From contig JAOTSA010000001.1 of NCBI GenBank assembly GCA_030247515.1, positions 1,255 to 65,254 on the forward strand: DNA of 64,000 nt, in the 5' to 3' direction. Below, in pieces: positions 28,663 to 37,105 of this stretch. Both the position numbers and the translations under genes were made by a program. Position 1 is the stretch's first letter; every line of letters starts with the position of its first letter. The DNA is from Sulfurimonas sp. (lineage in GTDB: Bacteria > Campylobacterota > Campylobacteria > Campylobacterales > Sulfurimonadaceae). The notes beneath the pieces are model-generated. The model had not been told where the DNA came from. It saw only the letters and a list, made by a program, of their open reading frames with translations, and ran no database searches.

Positions 28663-31410
28663 ATGAATTGTTACTATTGTTGTAGATTTCTGTTTGTGTT
28701 TTTGTTTTTCACTGCATCACTTTTTGGTGCGCTTACAGATAAAAGCGTTATGGTTTACTATGGAAAAAATATCTCCTATCCAATGGTTGGGAGTGCTGAT
28801 TATATTATCGTGCAGCCTGAGCTTATCAACACAAAGAGCCATGGTTTTGGCGTTTACAAAGAAAAAATGTACGCATATGTAAGTGTTGGTGAGATAGACA
28901 GAAACATCAAAGAGTATAAAAATATACAAAAAAGCTGGATACTCGCCGAGAACAAAGCGTGGGCAAGTGATGTTTTGGATATAAAAAATGAAGAGTATCA
29001 AAAGTATCTCTTTGAAGTGATGATAGAACCCAGAATGAAAGCTGGGTTTAAAAACTTCTTTTTTGACACACTGGACTCTTATCAGTTGGCATGCAAAACA
29101 AAAGAAGACAGAGCGGCAAACGAGAAGGCTCTAGCCTCTTTTATAAACCTTTTTCATCAAAAGTATCCAGATGCAAAGCTAATCATCAACCGTGGTTTTG
29201 AAATCATCGAGAGTGTCCATGAGGCAGTGGAAGCGGTTTTGTTTGAATCCTACTTCATGGGAGTTGGCGGCGAAAAACTAGCTTACAAAGAGGTCACGGA
29301 TGAAGATAGAAAATGGCTTGATATTCATATAAATAAAATAAAATCATACGGCAAAGATGTCATAAGTTTGGAGTATTTGGACCAAAAAGATATGGCAAAG
29401 GCATCAGCTATTGTAGAAAAAGTAAAATCACGTGGAATGATTCCTTATGTTGCAAACCGTGAGCTTGACATGTATGGCATCTCTTCTAAAAATGCCATGA
29501 AACGTGAAGTTCTGACTTTGGTTAGTGAGGAAAAATACGACAAAGTATATAGTGACGCACATCGGTATGGTGCTTTGGTGTTGGAGTATATGGGCTACAT
29601 CCAAAAGCTGCATGACGTTAGAAAAGCTTTGCCTAAAATCGATGAGATACGACACTATGCGGGTGTTATCGTCTGGCTTGATGATGAGTACAAAGACCCA
29701 GAAAAGTTGATGTTATGGGTAAAAAGTGTAGCGTCACTTGGGATAAAAGTAGCGTTTGTGGATAATTTTGGAGCAAAAACAGATGATCCTGCTTTGGAGA
29801 TTTTGGGTATCAGCATAGATAAAAACGTAAAAAATATAAAGAAAATTCTACATCGGCATGCTATGATGGGTTTTGAAATTCAACCATCCTACCCACGCTC
29901 CTCCATGCAAATTTACTCAAAAATCAAAGAACCTTTACTCGTTTATGAAAATACAGACGGCACAACAACCGCTCCCGCAGCACTAACAGAGTGGGGAGGG
30001 TATGCACTCAAAGAGGCAAATATGTTGAGCATGAACGAGGATCATTTATGGGTTATAAACCCTTTTGAGTTTTTTGCCTCTGCACTCGGTCTTAAACCTC
30101 TTTTAGTACCAGACCCAACAACCCAAAATGGAAACAGACTGCTTTTTTCACATATAGACGGAGATGGAATTATGAACAGAGTTGAGGGAAACTCTGAACA
30201 TTTTTCTGGCGAGGTGGTTTTAGAAGATATTTTAAAAAAATACAAGATACCTCACTCTGTCTCTCTTGTAGGCGCAGAGATTGACAAGAATGGACTCTAC
30301 CCAGACATAGCGGACAAACTACAAGCTATCTCAAAAGAGATGTATAAACTCGAAAATGTAGAAGGGGCGACACACACTTTTACACACCCTTTTATATGGG
30401 GAAAAATTGTAAACAACACACTGGACGAACAGTACAGACTTAAAGTAAAAGGTTATAGTTTTTCCATAGAGCGGGAGATTTCTCAAACGCTTGATGATAT
30501 AAGCTCTCAGCTCTCACCGACACATAAACCCAAAGCAAAAACAGTTTTTTGGTCAGGAGATTGTTTGCCGCAAGAAGATGTGTTGGAGTATGTTTACTCA
30601 CATGATATTTTAAATATAAATGGCGGAGATACCCAGATAACAAAGATGAACCCTTGGCTCTCAAACATAGCATCGTTTGGTGTAGAGAGAGGAAGCTACT
30701 ATCAGATATATACAGGCGCACAAAATGAAAATATATATACAAATAACTGGTTAGGACCATTTTGTGGCTTTAAAAGGGTTGTCCAGACATTTGAACTTAC
30801 CAACTCTCCACGCAGATTTAAGCCCATAGATATCTACTACCACATGTACTCTGGTTCAAAAATGGCTTCACTTAAAGCGTTAGAGTATGTATTTGACTGG
30901 GCTATAAAACAGGATGTTATGCCTATCTTTACCTCCGAGTATATCCCTAAAGTGATGGACTTCTACACCGTTTCAATGGCAAATGATGGTGATGAGTGGT
31001 TGGTGGAGGGTATGAGGGATTTAAAAACGCTCCGCATAGAGAAAAAAGAGGCATCCGTTGACTTTGAATACTCCAAATCAACGGCAGGCTTAAAACATTT
31101 TGAAAATCACACCTATCTTAGTTTGGGTAATTCGCAGAAGCACTTTATAAAGGTAGATAAAAGCAAGGGTTACAAAAAAAGGAGCTATCTTGTCTCTTCC
31201 AACGCTAACATTACAGAGCATAAAAGTGAATCAAAGTCACAAAGCATCTCTTTTGACGGACATGTAGATTTGCGGCTAAGTTTTAGGATACAAGATAACT
31301 GCAAACTAACCTCCCAACCACAAGCAAGCCAGATACGCAAAGATAAAGAGATAACCTTTCTGGAGTATAAAGGTGTGAAAAAGGCGGGTATAAGCATTGT
31401 TTGCGAGTGA
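28663..31410 (+). CDS. pelA: PelA paralogue 2: bifunctional GH166/GH114-like hydrolase and deacetylase
   Basis: 'YAYVSVGE', 'FFDTLDSY', 'NRGFE', 'LFESY' (hydrolase); 'HIDGDG', 'THTFTHP', 'WSGDC', 'NINGG' (deacetylase). Confidence 0.92.
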   Translation: MNCYYCCRFLFVFLFFTASLFGALTDKSVMVYYGKNISYPMVGSADYIIVQPELINTKSHGFGVYKEKMYAYVSVGEIDRNIKEYKNIQKSWILAENKAWASDVLDIKNEEYQKYLFEVMIEPRMKAGFKNFFFDTLDSYQLACKTKEDRAANEKALASFINLFHQKYPDAKLIINRGFEIIESVHEAVEAVLFESYFMGVGGEKLAYKEVTDEDRKWLDIHINKIKSYGKDVISLEYLDQKDMAKASAIVEKVKSRGMIPYVANRELDMYGISSKNAMKREVLTLVSEEKYDKVYSDAHRYGALVLEYMGYIQKLHDVRKALPKIDEIRHYAGVIVWLDDEYKDPEKLMLWVKSVASLGIKVAFVDNFGAKTDDPALEILGISIDKNVKNIKKILHRHAMMGFEIQPSYPRSSMQIYSKIKEPLLVYENTDGTTTAPAALTEWGGYALKEANMLSMNEDHLWVINPFEFFASALGLKPLLVPDPTTQNGNRLLFSHIDGDGIMNRVEGNSEHFSGEVVLEDILKKYKIPHSVSLVGAEIDKNGLYPDIADKLQAISKEMYKLENVEGATHTFTHPFIWGKIVNNTLDEQYRLKVKGYSFSIEREISQTLDDISSQLSPTHKPKAKTVFWSGDCLPQEDVLEYVYSHDILNINGGDTQITKMNPWLSNIASFGVERGSYYQIYTGAQNENIYTNNWLGPFCGFKRVVQTFELTNSPRRFKPIDIYYHMYSGSKMASLKALEYVFDWAIKQDVMPIFTSEYIPKVMDFYTVSMANDGDEWLVEGMRDLKTLRIEKKEASVDFEYSKSTAGLKHFENHTYLSLGNSQKHFIKVDKSKGYKKRSYLVSSNANITEHKSESKSQSISFDGHVDLRLSFRIQDNCKLTSQPQASQIRKDKEITFLEYKGVKKAGISIVCE

Positions 31411-31450
31411 AAATAAAAGTGTAGCAATTGCTCTGTTTTTCTACAAATTA

Positions 31451-31481
31451 TTGACAATTATACACCGTGCGGTGTATAATT
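31451..31481 (+). promoter_or_regulatory. Sigma70 promoter (TTGACA-18-TATAAT) with a perfect 12-bp inverted-repeat operator (TA autoregulation)
   Basis: TTGACA 31451-56; TATAAT 31475-80; AATTATACACCG-tg-CGGTGTATAATT 31456-31481. Confidence 0.85.
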
Positions 31482-31496
31482 TTAAAAAGGATACTC

Positions 31497-31751
31497 ATGC
31501 ATAGAATACAAACAAGTTTGCGTCTTGATGCCGATAAATTTTTGGAAGCAAAAGAGATACTTAAAAATCTCGGACTAAATTTTACTGATGCAGTCAATAT
31601 TTTTACAAGTCTGGTCGTTGCAAACAAAGGGTTGCCTTTTGAAGTAAAAATGCCAAGCAAAAAGCTTCAAAAATCTATGGATGAGCTAGAAAATAGAGAC
31701 GGCAAAAGCTTTAAAAACGTAGATGAACTTTTTGAAGATTTAGACAATTAA
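31497..31751 (+). CDS. dinJ: RelB/DinJ-family antitoxin
   Basis: RHH-type 'TSLRLDAD..EAKEILKNLGLNFTDAVNIF...KGLPFEVK'. ATG at 31497 with AAGGA SD. Confidence 0.9.
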   Translation: MHRIQTSLRLDADKFLEAKEILKNLGLNFTDAVNIFTSLVVANKGLPFEVKMPSKKLQKSMDELENRDGKSFKNVDELFEDLDN

Positions 31752-32020
31752 TGTACACTCTTTTTAGAACAACATCTTTTAAAAAACAGTATAAAAAACT
31801 ATCTCTCGTTGAGCAACAGTTATTAAAAGAGGTAGTTGCTATTTTAGCAGATGGTAAACAGCTTGACCAAAAATACAAAGATCATAAGTTAATAGGCAAT
31901 TTTAAAGACTTGAGAGAATGCCATATAAAACCAGATCTTCTTTTGATATATAAAATAGATAACGATATTTTAGAATTAGTTCTCGTTCAAGTCGGAAATC
32001 ACGGTTCTCTTTTTAACTAA
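31751..32020 (+). CDS. yafQ: YafQ-family mRNA interferase toxin
   Basis: 'FKKQYKK', 'YKDHKLIG', 'RECHIKPDLLLIY', 'GNHGSLF'. Confidence 0.92.
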   Translation: MYTLFRTTSFKKQYKKLSLVEQQLLKEVVAILADGKQLDQKYKDHKLIGNFKDLRECHIKPDLLLIYKIDNDILELVLVQVGNHGSLFN

Positions 32021-32038
32021 TAGGTAAGAGACGACAAT

Positions 32039-33055
32039 CTATATTTTAGAGTCATACCCGTCTGGATTTTGTGATTGCCATCTCCAACTGTCTTCACACA
32101 TCTCTTCTACCCCTTTTTGGGCTCTCCAGCCTAAAACTTCAAACGCATAGCTAGGGTCTGCAAAACATTTTGCTACATCGCCAGCTCTTCTTGGTGCTAT
32201 TTTGTAAGGGACTTTTTTGCCAGATGCTTTTTCAAATGCTTTTACCATGTCCAAAACAGAGTAACCCTTTCCCGTACCGAGATTGACGGTAAGCACATTT
32301 TGTACGTTGTCCATATTTTGCAACGCTTTGACATGTCCAAGTGCTAAATCTACAACATGGATATAGTCTCTGACACCCGTACCGTCATGTGTATCATAGT
32401 CATCGCCAAAAACGCTTAAAAACTCTCTTTTTTGTACCGCCGTTTGTGAAATGAATGGCATGAGGTTGTTTGGTATGCCGTTTGGGTCTTCCCCTATTAA
32501 GCCAGATTTGTGTGCGCCAACTGGGTTGAAGTAGCGAAGAAGTATGATTTTGTACTCATTGTCGCTTACATATAAATCACGCAAAATCTCCTCTATAAAG
32601 AGTTTTGTTCTGCCATAAGGGTTTGTTGCAGAGAGTGGAAAATCCTCTTTGATTGGCGTTGTGTGCGGGTCGCCATAGACAGTAGCCGATGAGCTAAATA
32701 CTATTTTTTTGCAGTTGTTTTCCTGCATAACTTGGCATAAAACCAACGTTCCGCTGATGTTGTTGTCGTAGTAGTGCAGAGGTATAGTAACTGATTCGCC
32801 AACCGCTTTTAAACCAGCAAAATGAATCACAGAATCAATCTTATAGGTATCAAAAACACTCTGCAAATCCTGCTTGTTGCGTATGTCTCCCTGATAAAAT
32901 GGGATTTTTTTGCCGATGATTTTTTCTACTCTTGCCAAACTCTCTTGAGAGGAGTTGCATAGATTGTCAAAAACTACAAAATCAAAACCCGCTTCATGTA
33001 GAGATATGCACGTGTGTGAGCCGATATAACCAGCTCCCCCTGTTACTAAGACCAT
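32039..33055 (-). CDS. galE: UDP-glucose/UDP-GlcNAc 4-epimerase
   Basis: 'TGGAGYIG', 'FSSSATVYG', 'YGRTK', 'LRYFNPVGAH'. ATG at 33055 with GGTAGGAG SD. Confidence 0.96.
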   Translation of the reverse strand: MVLVTGGAGYIGSHTCISLHEAGFDFVVFDNLCNSSQESLARVEKIIGKKIPFYQGDIRNKQDLQSVFDTYKIDSVIHFAGLKAVGESVTIPLHYYDNNISGTLVLCQVMQENNCKKIVFSSSATVYGDPHTTPIKEDFPLSATNPYGRTKLFIEEILRDLYVSDNEYKIILLRYFNPVGAHKSGLIGEDPNGIPNNLMPFISQTAVQKREFLSVFGDDYDTHDGTGVRDYIHVVDLALGHVKALQNMDNVQNVLTVNLGTGKGYSVLDMVKAFEKASGKKVPYKIAPRRAGDVAKCFADPSYAFEVLGWRAQKGVEEMCEDSWRWQSQNPDGYDSKI

Positions 33056-33109
33056 AAAATCTCCTACCCTGTTAATGTGAGTTTTATTGTACAAAGAATA
33101 TACTTAGAT

Positions 33110-33925
33110 ATGATAAAAATCATTAAAAAAATGCTCTTAGAGCCACTTTTTCATTTTCTGCTTGTTGGTTTTGCCTTGTATCTTTTTTATGAAAGCGTCT
33201 CAGCCAAAGAGGTGCGAAGTGCCAATGTCATTGAGATTTCGCAGGAGGAACTGGGAGAGATAGAGGCACAGCACAAAAAAGAGTTTCAAACTGACATAAG
33301 CCAAAGGGAGCGAGAGGCTCTCGTACAAAAAAAATATTATGAGAAGATACTTTTAAACGAGGCTTACTCACTTGGGCTTGAGAGACAGGATAAAGAGATT
33401 GCCAAAAGATTGCTCTCACAGATGCAGCATATCTTAAGAGGTGTGGCGGTGGCAGAGCCGAGTGAGGAGCTTCTTAAGAACTACTTTAAAAAACACAAAA
33501 ACGACTACTCAGTTGTCAATACTCTCTCTTTTTCTCACATCTATTTTTCAAACTCTCAAGGGGTTGGCGATACTCTCAAAACATTGCAGATAGCAGATGT
33601 AAAACCGCATGACGCAGCCTTCTTTGGCGAACAAACTACTGCAAATCATATAAAAAACATCACTTTTGATGATGCAAAAGAGGTGTTTGGAAGTTATTTT
33701 ACTCTTAAGCTTTTTAACTTAAAACAGGGAAAGTGGCATAAGCCCATTCAGTCAAAAGATGGTGTGCATCTAGTCTATATAACGGACAAAAATGTCTCCG
33801 AAGCTTATGTTTTTGATGAGATTCAAGAGCGGGTTTATGATGATTATATGCAAGAAGCAAGAGAGACAAAAGAGAGTGAGGCATATAAAAAGATAAGCTC
33901 TCAATACCTGCTTGAAGTGAAGTAA
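33110..33925 (+). CDS. PpiC-type peptidyl-prolyl isomerase (Rotamase_2 family)
   Basis: 'EPLFHFLLVG', 'EAYSLGLERQD.EI..RL', 'FSHIYF', 'WHKPIQSKDGVHLV'. Typical partner of HupE/UreJ genes. Confidence 0.8.
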   Translation: MIKIIKKMLLEPLFHFLLVGFALYLFYESVSAKEVRSANVIEISQEELGEIEAQHKKEFQTDISQREREALVQKKYYEKILLNEAYSLGLERQDKEIAKRLLSQMQHILRGVAVAEPSEELLKNYFKKHKNDYSVVNTLSFSHIYFSNSQGVGDTLKTLQIADVKPHDAAFFGEQTTANHIKNITFDDAKEVFGSYFTLKLFNLKQGKWHKPIQSKDGVHLVYITDKNVSEAYVFDEIQERVYDDYMQEARETKESEAYKKISSQYLLEVK

Positions 33926-34900
33926 TGGTAGTAAAGTTCCTTCTTTTTTTTATGATTTTTATGGGCGAAATCCTCTTGGCTCATCAGACGGGTTTATCAT
34001 TTGTGGATATAAAAGAGGATGATGAAAAAAAGATTTCTGTCGTCTATAAAAAACCTCTTGAAGATACACGGGCGACAGATATAGAGATTCGTTTTCCTTC
34101 AAAATGTGCCTATGTATCGCAAAACAGACAAGTTTTAGAAGATGGTTATGTGGTAAAGAGCTTTGCGTTGTGGTGTACGCAAGATGGTCTTGCAAACTCC
34201 CGTATTTGGGTTGAGGGGCTGGTCTCAAGCGATAGAGGTGTTTTGGTTCGTTATGAAAATGGCTCTCATGTTGAAAATGCGTTGCTTAGTGCCACCACGC
34301 CATTTATGCATGTGGATAAAAAAAGCGGAAATTTTGCTCTGGCACTTGAGTATATAAAACTGGGGATTGTCCATATTTGGGGCGGGTTTGACCATCTGCT
34401 TTTTGTACTCTCTTTGGTACTTTTGGCTCACAGCACAAAAGCTCTTTTGTATAGCATCACGGGTTTTACTCTTGCACACTCCATCACTCTTGCGTTTGGG
34501 GTTTTGGGTATCGTAAATGTCGCAGCGGCGTTTGTGGAAGCCATGATAGCTTTGAGTATCGTCTTTTTGGCACGGGAACTTGTGGTGCATGACGTAAACT
34601 CTCTTACCCGCAGAAAACTCGGACTCATCGCTTTTATCTTTGGTTTGCTCCACGGTTTTGGTTTTTCAAGCGTCCTAAAAAGCATAGGTCTGCCTCAAAA
34701 TGAGATACCGCTCTCCCTGTTTTGCTTCAACCTCGGCATAGAGATAGGTCAGATTCTCTTCATAATTTTGATGAGTACCACTCTTGCAATGGCTCAAAAA
34801 TATCTTTATGCAAACAAAGAAAAAACAAAAAAAAATCTTAGCTTACGGCATCGGCACAATCTCCTCTTTTTGGTTTGTCGAGAGAGTGCTAGCCTTTTAA
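33925..34900 (+). pseudogene. HupE/UreJ-family membrane protein, frameshifted by one extra A in an A9 tract (34827-34835) so that it reads through into gspG
   Basis: 'HIWGGFDHLLF', 'FTLAHSITL', 'GLLHGFGF', 'FNLGIEIGQ'. The shifted frame gives the natural end ILAYGIGTISSFWFVERVLAF* (TAA 34898-34900). Confidence 0.8.
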
Positions 34901-34902
34901 TT

Positions 34903-34911
34903 TGGTATAAT
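34903..34911 (+). promoter_or_regulatory. Extended -10 promoter (TGgTATAAT) for the T2SS operon
   Basis: TGGTATAAT lies just after the inferred hupE stop; AAAGGCGG SD precedes ATG 34936. Confidence 0.6.
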
Positions 34912-34935
34912 AAACAAAAAAATAAAGGCGGATTT

Positions 34936-35367
34936 ATGCGAAAAAAATCAAGAAGTGCATTTTCGCTAATAGAGCTTATGATAGTTGTCCTTATTTTGGG
35001 GTTGCTTGGGGCTATGGTTATGCCTAGTCTAACGGGTAGAGGTGAAGAGGCGAAGCGCAATCTTGTGTGTGTGCAGATGAAGAGTATCTACAACAGTTCG
35101 CTTGATATGTTTAAGATAGACAACGGCATGTACCCATCAACGGTGCTGGGGCTTGAGGCTCTCTCCCTAAACCCTGATGCGCAGCTCTATCCAAACTACT
35201 CAAAGGCGGGCTATTTCAAAGACGGAAAAATCCCAAAAGATTCTTGGGGCGGTAAGTTTATTTATGTAAATGATGAGGGCAAAATCGAGATTATCTCTTT
35301 GGGTGCTGACAAAAAAGAGGGCGGTACGGATGAATCCGCCGATATCAAAATGAGCGAGTGTAAATAG
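34936..35367 (+). CDS. gspG: Type II secretion major pseudopilin
   Basis: 'AFSLIELMIVVLILGLL', 'LDMFKIDNGMYPST..GLEAL', 'PKDSWG', 'SLGADKKEGG'. Confidence 0.92.
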   Translation: MRKKSRSAFSLIELMIVVLILGLLGAMVMPSLTGRGEEAKRNLVCVQMKSIYNSSLDMFKIDNGMYPSTVLGLEALSLNPDAQLYPNYSKAGYFKDGKIPKDSWGGKFIYVNDEGKIEIISLGADKKEGGTDESADIKMSECK

Positions 35368-35370
35368 CAC

Positions 35371-35889
35371 TTGAACAGAGGGGCATTTTCGCTTATAGAG
35401 CTGATGATAGTTGTGATGATTATGGGGGTGGTTTACACTCTCTCCATAAATGGACTTCAACGCTCAAGTAGCGGTGCGGCAAATGTGACGCTCTCAAACC
35501 TCAAAGAGTATATGCGCTCTTTGGAGTATAAAAAAAGTGTAAAGATTTTGTGTCTGGATGAGTGCAAACGTTGTGATATTTTGGTGGATGGAGCAAAGCA
35601 TGAGAGTATGGAAAACTTTTTGGACAAAAGTGTCAAAACGTACAGATACGACTTTTTGCAAGGTGTTCATGAAGTCGCTTATGAGCCTTTTTTCAACAAA
35701 GATGACAAAGAAGAAAAAGTCTGTTTTTCCTACACTATCGACAAAAACTGGGTGGGTGAACAAGTGTTAGTGGAGTACAAAAACAGAGTTTATGACTTCT
35801 CGCCGTTCTTTGCTCCGACCTCTTCGTACGCCTCTATGCAAGATGCCATAAATGCAAAAGAGAAGCTGATTCAAGAAGTTCAAAAATGA
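35371..35889 (+). CDS. gspH: T2SS minor pseudopilin (GspH-like)
   Basis: N-methylation motif 'AFSLIELMIVVMIMG'; follows gspG. Confidence 0.65.
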   Translation: MNRGAFSLIELMIVVMIMGVVYTLSINGLQRSSSGAANVTLSNLKEYMRSLEYKKSVKILCLDECKRCDILVDGAKHESMENFLDKSVKTYRYDFLQGVHEVAYEPFFNKDDKEEKVCFSYTIDKNWVGEQVLVEYKNRVYDFSPFFAPTSSYASMQDAINAKEKLIQEVQK

Positions 35890-37100
35890 TATTTAAGTAC
35901 AAAGGCATCGATGAGGCAGGAAACAGAGTAAGCGACAAAGTAGAAGCACTCTCTCTAAGCGAAGCAAAAAGCAAACTCAAAGCTAACAAAATCATCTATG
36001 AGAGCATCCAAGAGGAGAGCGTCTCCATTTTTGATGCGCTAAATGTGAGCATGCGTTACAAAATCAAGCCAAAAGAGTTAGCCTCGCTTTCACGTGAACT
36101 CTCCATGTATATCCGCTCAGGCATTACCATCGTTTCGGCACTCAAAATCATGCAGACACACTATGAAAAAAACAGAAAAATGAGGCTTTTTTTAAGTAGT
36201 GTAAGCACGCATCTTGATGAGGGAAAAAACCTCTATACGGCGTTAGAGTCCCAGAGGGTCGTGATACTTCCGGAGTTTTTCAAACACTCCATCAAAGTGA
36301 GCGAGAGCGGTGGAATGCTCGATGAGGTGCTTTTGGAGTTGTCACGCTTTTTGAGAGAGCAGGAGAAGATAACCAAAGAGATTAAGAGTGCATTTGCGTA
36401 CCCGACTTTTATGATTTTTGTCTCTTTGGTCATGGTGGCGTTTATGCTCTCTTTTGTCGTGCCGCAGATTACGGGGATTTTTGAGAGTATGCACCAAGAA
36501 CTCCCGACACCCACCAAGGCGGTTGTAGCGTTGGGGGATTTTTTTAGAGACAATATAAAGATTATATTTGCAAGCATAGTTCTCTTTGTCGCGGTATTTA
36601 CGGTGCTGATGAAAAAGAGTTACGCTTTTGCTTACGGCGTGGACGGGTTAATTCTTAAACTCCCGTTTTTTGGAGAGATTGCCCAAAAAAGCGAGTTGGC
36701 ACGTTTTTCTTACATGGCATCGCTTTTGACACGTTCGGGCGTACCTTTTGTGCAGACCATAAACTTGAGCGCAAATATCTTAAACAACCTTGTTTTAAAA
36801 GAGTTTTTTATCAACGCATCGACAAAAGTAGTTGAGGGAAAACTTCTCTCAAATGCCATCAACAGCTCCAAAACAAAGATAGACAACGCTTTTGTGCAAG
36901 CGATTGCGCTAGGGGAGGAGACCTCTCAAATCCAGAGCGTTTTGACTAACATCTCAGAACTCTATTTTGAAGAGAACCGTGAAAAAATCAGCCTGCTTCT
37001 GACCTTGCTTGAACCCGCACTCATGCTTGTTGTCGGTGGAAGTATAGGCTTTATCGTTGCGGCTATGCTGCTGCCGATTTTCTCCATGAGTATCGGTTGA
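35886..37100 (+). CDS. gspF: T2SS inner-membrane platform protein
   Basis: 'RSGITIVSAL', 'SESGGMLDEVL', 'AFAYP', 'GEETSQ', 'LLEPALM'. Confidence 0.95.
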   Translation: MIFKYKGIDEAGNRVSDKVEALSLSEAKSKLKANKIIYESIQEESVSIFDALNVSMRYKIKPKELASLSRELSMYIRSGITIVSALKIMQTHYEKNRKMRLFLSSVSTHLDEGKNLYTALESQRVVILPEFFKHSIKVSESGGMLDEVLLELSRFLREQEKITKEIKSAFAYPTFMIFVSLVMVAFMLSFVVPQITGIFESMHQELPTPTKAVVALGDFFRDNIKIIFASIVLFVAVFTVLMKKSYAFAYGVDGLILKLPFFGEIAQKSELARFSYMASLLTRSGVPFVQTINLSANILNNLVLKEFFINASTKVVEGKLLSNAINSSKTKIDNAFVQAIALGEETSQIQSVLTNISELYFEENREKISLLLTLLEPALMLVVGGSIGFIVAAMLLPIFSMSIG

Positions 37101-37105
37101 GAGCC

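Noticed and set aside
31411-32038. TA module as a discrete mobile element
   Set aside because: No flanking direct or inverted repeats, integrase or transposase were seen.
33925-35367. 480-aa HupE-GspG fusion as a genuine novel protein
   Set aside because: The natural HupE C-terminus and stop lie in the shifted frame, and gspG has its own extended -10, SD and N-methylation leader. Best explained by a 1-nt homopolymer indel.
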